NCBI GenBank assembly: GCA_013239625.1
Contig: MU054001.1
Span: 4,008,167 to 4,072,166 of the forward strand
Direction: 5' to 3'
Length of the DNA: 64,000 nucleotides
Source: Lama guanicoe
Taxonomy: Eukaryota
Made by a program: the position numbers and the translations under genes. Position 1 is the first letter of the stretch, and each line of letters begins with the position of its first letter. The notes under the pieces are model-generated. The model was not told where the DNA came from and searched no databases. It saw nothing but the letters and a program-made list of their open reading frames with translations. Shown here in pieces: positions 35,561-49,046 of this stretch.

Positions 35561-37879
35561 TGTAGCCTGGCCAGAGTCTTGGCCCAGAGCTTGAGTTGGG
35601 GACTGCCTTTAGAGTGAGACCCCAAAGCTTCCTGCCTGCCTCTGGGGAGAGCTCTCAAACTGGTGGCCCCAGGAAGGTCTTATTTGACTTCCGTGGTGAT
35701 TTTTTATTTAAATTCTAATTCAAATATTTTTTTAAAATTTTAATGTAGCAGATGTTTAAATATCTATTAAAGAAATAGAATATTTTCTTTCTCATACTTA
35801 TTGGAAAAAATCAGACTATCTGGCAATGCTGGGCTCCCACAGAGGGAGGGAGCTAACCAGCTGCCTGAAGTTTTTTCCCTCATCTGTGGGGCATTTCAGG
35901 TACCTTTTTTTTAAAAACTGTTGCTTTAAACTGTCATTTCCCCTTAAGTTCCTGATTTTCTATCCCTGGGCCCACCAGAACCTCAGCCCTGCTGTTGGAG
36001 ATGGTAGGGAGTAGCGGGTAAACAGTTGTGCCCATTTTACAGGTGGGAAAGCAGAGGCCACAGGACATTCAAATAACTGGCCTGAGGTCACACAGAGGTT
36101 AATGATAGACTTGAGAAGTAGGAATTATAAGACAAAGGGAATTAATACTTATTGATCCTCTCTTATTTTGATATTATGGTCAATACAGCTATTTTGGAAG
36201 AAAAAAGCACAACGAAAGTGCCATAAGGGATGCTTGATATTAACACTAGGGTCCGTCATTGTGCAAAGAGCTGAGCAGACATCATCTGCTCTTCACAACA
36301 ATCCTACGAGCTGGGTTGTAGCTTCTACATTTCACAATCGAGAAAACCGAGGCTTTGGAGTATCAAGGACTTGCCCAAAGTTACCCAGCGGGGCCAAGGG
36401 TTAGACCCAGGTCTGCCTGGCTTAAAACCCAGCCAAGTGGCTCCATTCTGGGTTCATCATGAGCTAGGCAGTTACTCCTCAGAGCCTCCGGTTTTCCTAC
36501 ACAACATGGGGGCCACCTACTCAGAGGACACCGCTTCCACCCAGGGCTGGACCTCCCTACCCTCAAGGCACCCTCAGCTTTGTTTATCTCCCCCAACTAT
36601 GCCCTCCCTTAAAACACCCTGTTGGTCCAGTGATGGACACCTGACCCAAGCTGAGCCAGTCAGATCCTTCCTCCTAGAGAGTGGGGACTGGGGTCCAGTT
36701 CTGTAAGGCCATGTTGGGGCAACCAAAACTGGACGACAGGCAAGCAGGATGATGAAGCATCTGAAAGGAAAGAAGGAGGAAGCTGATGAGCAGAGGGAAA
36801 CAGATCCTGAGGCCAGATGGCCCCAGAGAGCCTGGGGGAGAAGCCTCAACTGTCCACGTGCAGGCCTCTCAGCGTCACCCTCAGCACTTGCCTTTGACAT
36901 CACCCTGCATCCTTCCTGCATTTATTTTATATTTCAGGTGATTTGAGAGACTATCTGTTCCTACAGCCGTATAATCCCCCAGGTAAACAGAGTAAGACAG
37001 AGCTGGGTTTAATCCTGCCTTTGTCCCGGGCTGTGTGCTTTTAGGCAAGTTATTAACCTCAGTTTCTCCTATTTACAAAGTGGGAGAAATAAATTCCTAC
37101 CTCATGGGGCTTTTGGGAGATTCAAAATAAATAATGTAATTGGAGATCCTTGCACATGGTACCCGACCCAGCAGAGCCTCAGCACCTGGCTAATGCTTTT
37201 ATCATCACTGTTATGTTAACCTTAGAAAGCTGTAGTGACAGGGAGAACAGGCAGTAATTTGAAACAACTCTTGACTATTCCACTTTGCAGAGGATCCACA
37301 AACTAATTTTTATCATCCACTGATTTCTTTCCACCATAAGTTTTGGCATATGCTCAGGAAAGTCGGAACTATTTATCATTGGTGAAACCCTGCACTCATG
37401 AAGACAGAGGTGCTTACAACTAAATCCTCTGGAGTATGAATGAATTTTACTCTGTGATCTTAGCTGTGCCCCCCTCCCTAAAAAGTCCTTATTTAATTTT
37501 TATAAAATCAAATTAAGCATGATTCCAAGCATCCTCCCAGCAGCCTGACCAGAATTAGTCCCTGGTCTCTGTTGATCCCAAGGCGGGGTGGGCAACTGCA
37601 CAGGGTCCCTCAGACCCTGCACCTCGGATGCCTCCAGCCACCCAGACCTTTGCTGAGGCCTGGGGTCTCGGTCCAGCCACCCTATACGTAGCCCCTCAGA
37701 GGGGCTATCACATCCCTCTCCCAATGTTCCAACTTGTTACTTTAAGGATCTGAGAATTTAACATAGCTCTTTCCTCCCTCAGGGAATTTCATTTCCTCTC
37801 ATCACCTTCTCTCCCCAAATCAGTTTCCCCTATTCCGAATCACTTTCCTCCCTCTCTTTTCCTCTGGGATGGTCTAGGA

Positions 37880-38050
37880 TAGTAGTTCTCAAATGTGGTC
37901 CTGGGCCAGCCGTACCTGCATCACCTGGGAATTGGATAGAAGTGCAAATTCTTGGGCCCCTCCAGGACCTACTAAATCAGACACTCTCGGGGTGGAGCTC
38001 ACTGATCTGTGTTTCAACAAGACTTCCAAGTGATTCTAGTGCATGATTCT
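37880..38050 (+). mobile_element. MER5A
   Basis: tagtagttctcaaatgtggtcc...catcacctgggaattggatagaagtgcaaattcttgggcccc...acctactaaatcagacactct...tgattct. Confidence 0.8.
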
Positions 38051-38744
38051 GGTCCAGGATCATCATCACGGTGAATTTATAAGTTTAAGACCAAAAGTCA
38101 AGAAGGTTAAGTTGTCTTGAGACAACTTCAGGCTCCGGTCTCCACTATCTGGCATTCTCCCACCTGGCGAGCAAACACACACCTGAGTCCTGCTAGGGAG
38201 AGACAAAGGACTTGGCTAGCATACATGGCAGTGTGGGTTGTGCACTGCACAACTCCAGAAGGCGCCATCCACATAAACTATCACCTGAATGGCAAAACAT
38301 GGTAGCCAAATGAGGAACATCAAGGAACCAGAGGGCAGAAGGAGGGGTCTTGTGGTCCTTTGAATAAGTGGGTTTCAGGGATTCACAGGCAAGAAGTGAT
38401 TGGCAAGAGGAGAAGAAAAACAAAGGAACACCTGAACTCAGCCCTAGGGGGCACTGACTATGTGGCCATCACAGGTCAAGCGAATGAATTTTTTGAGGGT
38501 CTCAAGCTCAAATATCTAGAGGAACTAGGCTGGCAAGTAAAGAGGCAGGAGGCTGGAGGATGAAGCCGAGTAAAGTTGCAGGCACCACCCAGTCTCAGCC
38601 ACTGTTGCCACGTGGGATACTAGCTCAACCTTGCCAGATCTTCCAATTTTTTTTCTTTAAACCAGAAATCCAACTTTTATATGAAACCTCTTGAAATGTT
38701 TTTATATATTATGAACAGATTTCAATTTTTCAAAACACTTTATA

Positions 38745-39740
38745 TTGTATCCAGAATATATAAATTACTTTCAAAACCTAATTAAAAGCAAATTAAACAA
38801 AAGGTTTGAAAATTTCACCGAAGAAGATATAAAGATGGCAAATAAGCCTGTGAATGATGTTCCACATCATTAGCCATTAAGGAAATGCAAATTAAAACAA
38901 CAATAAGATAATACTATGCACCCACCAGAATGGCTAAATTTTTTTAAAAAACTGACAGTACCGAGTGCTGACAAATAAGTGGAGCAACTAGAATTCTCTT
39001 ACATTGCTGGTAAGAATGCAAAATGGCCCCACTGCATTAGAAACAATTTGGCAGTTTCTTATAAGGTTAAACATACTCTTACTATGCACAAGTCAGCCTT
39101 CCCACTCCTAGGTATTGCCTAAGAGAAATAAAAATTTAAGTTCACACAAAAATCTGTAAGTGTATGTTTATAACAGCTTTATTTGTAGTCACCGAAACTG
39201 GAAACAATCCAAAAATTCTCTCAACTGGATAATGGATAAACAAATTCTGATGTATCCATGTAATGGAATACAAATTTGCAATAAAAGGAATGACCCACCT
39301 ACACATGAAACAAAATTGTGGAATCTCATATGAATTCTGCTAAGTTAAAGAGCTCTGACTCAATGGATTCCATAGTGTAGGTTTACATTTCCATGACATT
39401 TTGGAAAAGGCGGAAACTACACAGGAACACTGAAACATTGTGCTGTACACCAGAAATTGACACAACATTGGAAACTGGCTATACTTCAATTTAAAAAAAA
39501 AACTATTACAGGAACAGAAGACAAATCAGTGGTTGCAAGGGGTTGGGGATGCGGGCAGGACTAGACTAAAAGGGGCATGCAGGGTATTTGAGGGCGTGAT
39601 GGAGATAATCTACATGCTGCTTATGGTGGTGGTTAGTCAAAATTCACAGAACTATATACTAAAAAGGGTGAATTTTACTCCATGTAAATTATAAATAAAA
39701 TTATACCTTATAAAACAATATCCCTTAATAAAACATGAAA
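38745..39740 (+). mobile_element. L1M (MB/MC-like) 3' end: ORF2 C-terminal remnant and 3' UTR
   Basis: gaagatataaagatggcaaataagc...ggaaatgcaaattaaaacaacaataagata...aaatcagtggttgc...gggtgaattttact, followed by an A-rich tail. Confidence 0.85.
39430..39499 (+). mobile_element. About 70-bp 5'-truncated lineage-specific L1 tail with TSD
   Basis: tgctgtacaccagaaattgacacaacattggaaactggctatacttcaatttaaaaaaaa, flanked by aaactacacaggaaca (39414-39429) and aaactattacaggaaca (39500-39516). Confidence 0.75.
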
Positions 39741-42700
39741 AATAAAATAAAAATCACCCTGTGGGCCAAACAAAGCAGCACTACGAGTTGAATCCAACAG
39801 GTGGCTTGTCCTATGCTGGGCATTATGGAGAATGAAAAGGGGAGGGGGAGGAAAGACCCAGCCCTTGCCCTCAAGGAGCAAAGTAGCAGAGAGGCAAGAC
39901 TTGAAACCAGACTCTTCAGTGACAGCCCATTTTTTCTGGTTTTTACTTGGGGTTACATGTAAGACGCCAAAAAAGATTCCCTTGCCTAAAATGTTTTGAA
40001 GACTATCAGTGTCCTGAAAACAGAGGTGGACCTCAGTGTGGAGACCCCGGTGTGAGCCCACCTCTGCCTCTTATCCCCGGTGTGATCGTGGGCCCTCCCT
40101 AGGTCTTCATGTCTGTTTCTCTGAAACAGGAAATGAACATCCACCTCTTGCTCCCTGTCCCCCAGGGTCCCCAGGACACCCAGTGAGACAGGGATATGGA
40201 AGAGCTCTGGCTCTGTGAGGGACAAGATGGGCAAGAGTGTGGGGAGAAAATCCTGGGGTGAAGGGGACACCAGGACGCCCAGCCTCGGAAGTAACCAGAG
40301 AAATGCCCGTTAAAGCAGCAGGTACTGTTTTTCATCCATCAGACTGGCGAAGGCGAAAATCATACTGAGAGTTGGCTGTGGTGGTCCTGGGGATGTGAAC
40401 CAGCCCGGGGAGCTTACGCTCTGTCCTCAACCCAACCACACAGTGGAATGCCCTGGGCAGCTGCCAATCATCCTGAATTCAGCCCAGGTGAACCCGACCA
40501 ATCAAATAGAATCTCAGGGGAGGCACCAGCATCAGAATTTTTAAAAATAATTTTTAAATAAATGCTTTAATAATGAAACAAGCAAACAAGTGTATGTGTG
40601 ATATATATATTTAAGGGAGACACATTTGATTGCCTGTTACTAGAATTCTCTCTTCTTCCTCAAGGTAATGGGTTTTAGAGGGAGTCTGGATTCCATTCTA
40701 GGATGAATCTTGACCAGCCGACTTCATCATGGCAGTACTGTTTCTCTCACCAGTAACTGGTGTTGAGCCAGCCTAGTGTCAGTTCTGGTCGGTGAGAGGT
40801 ACGGGATGGGCTGGGGGTGCTTTTATGGGAGTATCTGTTTCCCTCAAAGAGAGACACATGAGAGAAAGCCAGCCATTTCCAGCCCCCGGGATGGTGACAC
40901 ACAAGCATGTGATGCTCAGAGGTGCTGTGGCCCTCTTGGGGCCAAGAGGATGGCCATTCCAAGGGGGTGTGCAGCTGCTGAGAACAGTGGAGGTTTGTTC
41001 TAACAAAGGGACGGGAACTGGGTGCCCAAGACACTGCAGACCAACGTGCAGCCATCATCATCACGTTTCTTTTATGTGAAATGGTAAGTGGACTACTCAT
41101 TGGGTTCTCTGTTCCTTAAAACTGACAGCATCCATCACCCACCTCTTAGAGAGTGGTCCAGGAGAGCAGAGTAGCCGCTATGGGAGACTGGCTGAGCAGG
41201 GCTTCCCAGGCCTTTATGGAAGTGCCCGGTCTGACAATTTCCCAGGGTTCAAGACTACTGGTTGCTCAAATTGCCATGATCTCACTCGGTTGGAACCATA
41301 CCTTTAAGGGACTGGGTGATCGTGTGGAGTCACGGTCCTCTGTGAGCTTGAAGAGGAGGGAAGCCCCAGAGCTCTCCAAGGCCTTGACGTCTTGAGGGTG
41401 GGACAAGAATGGTTCATATTTCTTCTGGCCTCACAGACCTGGCAGTGAGGCAGGAATACCGGAAGGGTGATTTCAGGGCCCAGGTTCTGTAAGGAAACCA
41501 AAGGCCACCCCGTTTGAGGGCAGAGCAGCTACAAATACAGCAGTGCAAATGCCTTCACTTTTCTGAGCACCAGGCTTCCATGTTTTCAGAATGTTGGAGT
41601 GTGGATCAAGGAAATGCCCGGGCCTCCAACTTCTCTTCTTCCTGGGACCCCACAGAGCCAAATGCCTACTCAGTCCCCAATGCTGGAGGGCACCCAGGCC
41701 CTGCCCCTGAGATGCCCAGTCCAGGTAAGAAACAGGACAGGGCCCCTAAGCTCCAGGCTGGAGGTCTCAGGCTGGAGACATGCAGAAAATCCAAAGGAAA
41801 GTAACTCTGGCAAACTGGACCTCAGTTTCCTCATCTGTAAAATGTGGACACAGCACATTAACATCACAGGGCTTTTGTGTGGCTTCAATGACTGTAACAT
41901 GTGAGACACATGGTTGGTGCATGGAGATGCTGGCTTCCTGGCAAAGACTCCGCCCAGATCCTTCCGAGATCCCTGGGAAGTTGTACGGCTTCTCCCCTCA
42001 GCTGATCGTCCAGGCTCAGAGCTAGAAGAAGGGACTTTGTCCCAGCCAGATGTTTCGAAAGGGCAGCCACAAAGACTGGAGGTGAGAAAGGCCAGTCCTC
42101 CACTAAGGACAGGAAAAGAATTAGTTCTCCAAGAAACTGAACCGAGGAGCCAGGAGGAGAAGGTGGTTGTGAGGGGCCGTGAAGGGCAGGTAGCGCGTGG
42201 AGACGAGGTTTAGGAGTCAGTCACAAACAGCATGCAAAAAAGCCCCCAACCCCTCTGCACACCTTCGCCCTGCATCGGCTCCCTGGGGGACTGAAATTAT
42301 CTCCATTTTTCAGACAGAGAAGCTGCAGCCCCAAGGCTCACACACACACACCAAAGAAGCCACTGGCCTGGAATTCAAACCCAAGTCTCCAGAGACACCT
42401 AGATTAAGGTCCCAGCTCTGCCACTAACTCATTAAGGGAGATGAGGAGGGTCTGTGTTCCTCTCTGGGTCTCAGTCTCCCCACGTAGTTGACCACCGGAA
42501 GGCTTCCCAGGTCCTAAAGCCCCAGGTCCCAGAACTATGTGGCATGCCAGCAGAAGCTCCCCCTCTGCTCTGGGACTGGCCGCTCCAGCAGGACACCCCC
42601 AGCCTGCCCTGCACGAGGCAAACAATAGCCAGGACCCCCGCCCCCTGGGAGTCACCCCAGGTCTGAGCACTCAGCTTTCTGGAAGAGTGATCCCCATTCT

Positions 42701-45700
42701 TCTCACTCACTGCCATCCCCAGCTACTCCAGGCCACTTCCTCCTCCTGCCCCTGCAGACAATGCCCCAGGCCCAGGCTGGACCCCTGCTCCCCGCCCAGC
42801 CCTCCCCCACACCGGCGCACACCCTGTCCCTGCCCCCAGCCCTTCGGCACCCAGCATCTGCTGCCCTTCTGGAATCTGTGTCAGGCAGAGCCGGGGCGGG
42901 CAGGCCTCCAGCCCCAGAGGGCCAGGGCTCCTGAATACCCTCTGGACCCCCCAGGGTCTGCCCAGGTTGCTTGGGAAACCATTTCAGGTCATTTGAGACG
43001 ATTAGGAGTCTTAGCTCTGTTTTGAGCTAAACAACGTGAAGAAACAAACCCCTGTCTGTCAAAGTCTTTTAAAGACAGTCCTCCTGGAGGCCGGGAGTAG
43101 CGGCACACCTCGGGGCTGGCTCTTCTCTGCTGCCTCTTTATTCAGCTCCACAAATATTTATCAGGAGGGCTCCCTTCCCAGCTGGCATCAGTGTCCAGTG
43201 AGGTTGGTGGGGGACGGGTGGGCCAGCAGAAGAGAGAGGGGAACCCCAGGAGCAGACTTAGCCCCTGCGCCAGGGTCCTCTTAAAGCAAAGGTGTTTGGT
43301 ACCTGTGCCATGAGGCCATCCACAGAACAGCCAATCACATCCTCCTTTTTTAAGTGGTCCTAAGGATGCAAAGGAAAGAGCCCAAACGCTGGCCATTTTC
43401 TCACAGGAGGGAGACTTTCTCATCATCCTTCCCCGGATGTTCCAATTTACTGCCATGTGCAATTATTACATATAAAACTGGAAAGCAGAAGTTTACGGGC
43501 TTATTTTTTTTCAGTAAAGAGGTGACTTATTGGAGGTGCCTACAAAAGTTATTCTGCTCATTGTAAAATTCAGACAATAGCAAAATACAGCAAAGAAAGT
43601 GAATAATCACTCCTAATCCCTGATTGAGCTGGAAAAATCTGGTCCTTTTTCTGACCCGCAGTGATGTAAGACCTTGAGAATCAGAGTGGCTGGGGCTCAG
43701 CTGTGAAGTCCCTCCCACAGTGGGGCTCTGGGTTCACCCTCAGTGGGGCCATTGGGGCTGGGAGCCTTGGCCTCCCTATGCCTGTGCTCCTCAAAACCAC
43801 ATTGCAGGGGAGGTAGGGAGCTCCCCATCAGGAGAGGAGTTCAGCAAATGCTGGTCTGCGCTTTCTCAAGTGCCGGGAAGCAGATGTTCCCAGACATGGG
43901 CTATCAGGCAACAGTCCAATCTCACCCAGATTTGGCTTATCAATTTGATATTGCCAATTTTTAAACTTCAAATTGAATCTTATGCCAAGAAAGTACATTA
44001 ACAAAGGAAATTGGCAGTGATGAGCAGGATTTCATAGAAGAACGGACACTTAACCATTAAACATTTAAATGGACAAAAATAGGAAAGACAGACTCTCAAA
44101 ATAGAAAGCTTTATGAAAAATGGCCCTCGCTTGCTTTATTTTGCTGTGTGGGAGTCAAACCCCAGATGAAGGGCCAGGCTTGGAGGTGTGAATTTCATAC
44201 TGTCTGTGGACCTCAGTTTTCCCAGTTGTCTAGCATTCTTCTTGCTCAAAGACTGAATCCTTTTCACTCCCTGCCCCCATCATTTCTCTCTGTCTCTCTC
44301 TCTTTTTTGGTGAAAAACAGCTTTGTCCCAGTGGTCACCTTCCAAAATCCAATACATAGCAGGTTGTTTGAAAGTGTCAACCCCTAGACAGACTGACAGA
44401 GTGACAGCCTGGGAGACGCAGAAGAGCAATGAGGCTGGGGGAGAAGGGGCAGAGAGTGAATGCCACAGAGGCATCTGAGCAGGACAGGGGGGTGGCAGGG
44501 AGTAAGAGGGAAGGTGATAAGCAAGGGAAAGGTGGAACCACTGTGGGTGAGGGACTCTGTGTTGTTCTAGAAAGGGGCGTGGGATGTAGAGGGGGCTGTA
44601 AAAGTCTCTCTGAGGTAGAGTCATTTTCTAGATTGTCTTTCTGATCATAAAATCCATACCCTGCCAGTCATTGCGGGGTAGGGGTGGGGGTTAGTTCACA
44701 GTAGGGGCCCCACTAGGAACCCCAGATGGAGGGACGGAAGGAGGGAGCAGACTCTCCAGCTCGTTCCACCCTCCCCAGCACCGCTGCTTCTCCCAGAACC
44801 CCATAGAACATGTGCCCTGAAAGTCCCCAGCTGGGGCCTGTCCTCTGGGGCTGGGGCCTCATTAGGGGAGCACAAAAGCAGCAAGGAAGTTTCCAGCACC
44901 TGCTTGTCCCTCCAGCACCCTCCTCCTCCTTTTCAGCACACTTGCACCCTCCCCCCAGGGTCTTCCCACCTGAAAAATCCAGCCACACAAATAACGGGGA
45001 GCAATGGGTGGTGAAGTCAGGGCTGAGGTGGGTTTGGGTCATCTCATTCAATCATTCCTCACTGCACAGAGGGGAAACTGAGGCCAGCGGAGTGAAGCCA
45101 TACCATGTCAACCAGTTAGTGGGTGAGCTGAAATGATAACAATAACAAGAATTCTATCAATAATAGTAATAAGAACAATAAATGTTCATTGAATTCCACT
45201 CTCCTATGTGTCCCTCCAGGATTAAGCCAGAGGAGTGGATATTGGAGCTGATGGATTTTCAGACCATGTGGCCTGAGGTGGAGAAGCAGCTGGAGAGAGA
45301 GAAGCCTTCCAGGTACCTCCAGGGCCACCCCACGTGGGACCGTCACAGACATGCAAAGCCTGCTGGGTGCAGACAGTCTGAGTGTCACCCGATGTGGACA
45401 TTTTTAAGCAGTTAGATTTTCTCTTCTTCCCAGCCCCCTTGACCCCACCCCCACCCTTCCCACCAAATGGATAACAGGAAACAGCCAAAGCTTCTTAACT
45501 TTTCTTTAATCTTCCCCTCTCTGGCAAACTGAAAAATCAAACGATAATTGTCTGGATGATCTCATTATTGTCAACAAAATCCAAGCCTTGAAGTCCGAAT
45601 CCACTGAAACGCTGACACATTAAACACAAAAGAAAACTGAGCTTGCATGTTGTTCAATAAATAAATAAGCCTGGCGGGAGCCCGGCGCAGGCCTGGCACG

Positions 45701-47683
45701 CGGATGGACCAGGCTGGCGGATGTGCGGGCGGACAAGAGGATCGTGGGACCTGCAAACCGTGACTTCTGGGAAAGACTAGGTCCAGGGGGTCGATGTCCC
45801 ATCCTTCCTGTTTGTATCAGTCCGGTCACTGCAGGAAACAGATGGCATCTCCCAAAGGGAAAGTTGAGGGGCAGTTATGATGGGGTTATTTACAGGAGAA
45901 GGGGAACCAGAGACGTATCGGAGACAGCGAGCACCATCGGGAGTGGGTACCACCACTGGGCCTGAAAGGACAAAGAGATGATGGGGCAGGTACCAGAACC
46001 CAGAGAGGGTGGCATCTAGGCTGGGGAGGGCCACCAGGTCGACGCTGTGGCCTGGCAGAGAGAGAAGCAGGGAATGAACAGCAAAACTGCTCTCTTCTGC
46101 CACCTTCTTGTCCCCTGGCAGTACCTCCTGTTGGCCAAAGCCAAGCAAAAGGCGGAGGGAGGTGCGGATGGAGAGATGAAGCTGCCAGGAGTACATGAAG
46201 GGATATGGAAGAGCATCCCATCCACGGGCCAGCAGCCCAACCACATTTGAGCACTCCAAATCTCAGCTCCCCGCCAAACCAGGTCCCGGATTTGGGGAGC
46301 AGGTCGCGTACAGAATAGAGAACAGGCTGTACTTAACGCCGGGAGGGTGAGCCCTGGATGCCGGGGACCGGGGCCGAGCTAGTGGGGAGGACCCGCTTCA
46401 TTGGAGCATTGGTTGCTAAACACGGAAACAAAGGGGACCCCATTTGATCGCCTTCTCTTCATGCCTCTTGGTCCTGATTTTTCTGCCAACTTATCAGAAT
46501 CCTAACAAATGCCATGACAATGTATTATCCATCACTCTTATGGAAAATGGGATACTTTAGAGGACAGAAGTGGGGGGGGGTCACTTCCCCTCTCCCTTCC
46601 TATCTGTAATGTCGTGGGCTTGCAGGGACAGACCATGCTGGAACAGGGGTCTGGGGGAGCGCTGCCCGAGCACCGGGCTTGCTGGCAGCTGCTGTCAACC
46701 TGGGGCCGTCACACCTCCCTTTCTCTCTGGCCCTGAGGCAGCTATGGAGCAGGAAAGGGCATCAGATCTCACCTGCCTCTGCTTTTTCCTGGTTCTGAGA
46801 CCCTGAACAAATCCTTCCCCGTGTTGGGGCTCAGTTTCCCCATCTGACAAGGAAAGGAGACTTTGATTCTGACCTCAGCCAGCCCAAGCCCCCAGCATGG
46901 AGAAGAGTCCCCTCCCTCACTCTGCAAAATCTGTCCTTCCCTCCTCAACTCCTTTCTATCCAAAAGGGGCAACTGGCTGCTTCTACACTCCAGAAAAGTT
47001 CAATCTCGTTTTCCATTTGTGGGAAATTCCCATGAGCACTCTGGATTTTTTGCAAAGATCCTCTCGGGTGTTGTCACATTTGGTATTTTGCCCAAAACTC
47101 CCTCTGTTTTGTCTGTTCAGCCATAGCATGAACAGATGGGATGAGGGAGAACCCAGGCATCCCTGCCCCACTCCTCAAGCCAGAGACTGTCCCTGTGTCC
47201 CCTTCATCCCTCCTTCTTCCTGTGGTTGCTGCCTGGCTCTCTGAGCCTCGGCTTCCTCATCTCTAAAATCCGGGCACTAATGTTCACTACGTGTGTGACA
47301 GCACATATAGCATTTGGCCTGATGCCTGGCACGTGGTATGTCCTTTTCCTTCAGCCCCATGTTCTGCCCTCCCCAAGGTCTGGTGCAGGTGGATTTCCTC
47401 TGCAAAGTCAGCTGGTTCGGACACCTGCCGGTCCACTCACTGAGTAGGTCCCCAGTGCTCTATTCCCCAGCTTGCTGCTCCTAAACCAGAAGAAAAAACC
47501 CTCCCCGGGAGACCATGGAAATGAGGCTGAAAAAGCCTTCTACAAAATGCAAGGGACTGTATGCTCCTAAGGAATTAAGAATAGATGTTTATCTTTTCAT
47601 CTGTCTCCACCTCATCACCCTGAGCAAGTTCTGAACTCTTGGAGGGTAGAAAATAAAGGCAGGACACCAATGTTTATTGAATG

Positions 47684-48065
47684 TGGGAGACATTACAAGT
47701 GCTCCCCAATATCTGGTTTGCTTTTCCCTCTTGGACATATAGAAAACTATATATCTCAGAGCCCTTATTACTAGATGGAGCCAAGTGACTAGTTCTGGTC
47801 AATTAAAATGGAAACTAAAAGTGTTCTGTCAGGTTCTTTAGTTAATCTCTTCCTCTGCTACAGTGAACATGGGGGCTTCTTGTTAAAATGGTGGAACGAG
47901 AATTTTATCTGGATCATGTGTCACATGTGGGAGAAAGCGGCTCTGGGGAGTGGCCTGGACCGACAGCAAACTTTATGAGTGAAAAAAATTAATTTCTGTT
48001 GTGTTCAACCACTGAGTTTTGGGGGATGTTTGTTACTGCAGCATAGCCTAACCTGGACTGACTGG
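47684..48065 (+). mobile_element. MaLR solo LTR (MLT1)
   Basis: gagccaagtgactagttctggtcaat core, with terminus ccactgagtttttgggggatgtttgttactgcagcatagcctaacctggactga. Confidence 0.7.
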
Positions 48066-49046
48066 TAGAAGCACTAACATGTACAAGTATTTGTATATGC
48101 ATTATGAGCTCACTTACTGCTCACCATGACTCTTGAGATAGGTATTATGGTTTATTATTATTACCTCCATTTTCCAGATGAAGAGGCAGACTCAGACATG
48201 TTAGGTAATTGACCCAAAGTCAATAGGAGGCAGACCTAGGAGTAAAGCCAGGTTTATTTACCTCCCAAGCTCTGGATCTTAATAAGTAGGTAGGTTTCAC
48301 TCCCCAGAAAGGTGAAAATTGGGAGGCAGGCATATAAATGGCCAACTCAATGTAGAAATGCTCTTGGTTTGGGGTCTTTGTTGAGTAAATCGTAATCCAT
48401 TAAGTGTGGCTTTCCAGAGTCTGGGAAAAAAATGTTCCCAGCTAAAAGTAGCTACACCAGAGGGTCCCAGCCAAAGTCCAGCTCTAGGCTGGCAGACTTC
48501 TCAGATGGCTTGGAATTCCTGCTGGCCAGGGTTCCACTGGCATGGAAGTGTTTACACTAGCCTCAAATTAGTTCTCCCACGCCTTCCAGAGCCCAGCCCA
48601 TATTTGGGATGGAAAAGGGAAAATGATTCCCACTGGGGATGCAGAAGCATCAGAAAAATTCCACAGGGGCCGCAGCCTCTCTCCACACGGGCCAGGTCTC
48701 TGAGCAGCCGCAGCTCGGGTCCCTCACACCTGGACCCTGTGCCCAGCAGAGCAGCCAGGCCAGAAAGACATGAACCCCCTCCACACTAATTCAGAAGGAA
48801 GGCATTTCTGGAAGGACCTTTATGAAGGCCAGCACACCTCCACAGCCAAATGAAGGTCCAAAAATGAGGAAAGAGAAAAGACCTAACTTTTGTTTCCTGT
48901 CCATTGAAAGTGGGCTTTTCTTTCTCCCTTCAACAAGGCGCCATGTGATTGGGTTGCCTTCAGCTGGAAGGAGCAGAAGCCCCAAATAAAAGTGTCTTTT
49001 CAGGAAGAAAAAATTTCCAGAAAACCACATGGTGTGTACCCTTTTT

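Larger units (their letters stand above)
38495..39810 (+). mobile_element. MER102-like element split by an L1 insertion (arms about 38495-38740 and 39745-39810)
   Basis: Left arm ttgccagatcttccaatttt...ccagaaatcc...caaaacac. The right arm resumes ctgtgggccaaacaaagca. Confidence 0.6.

Noticed and set aside
40045..40085. 11-bp direct repeat CCCCGGTGTGA, 30 bp apart
   Set aside because: Only two short copies and an imperfect T-box match. Not distinguishable from chance or slippage.
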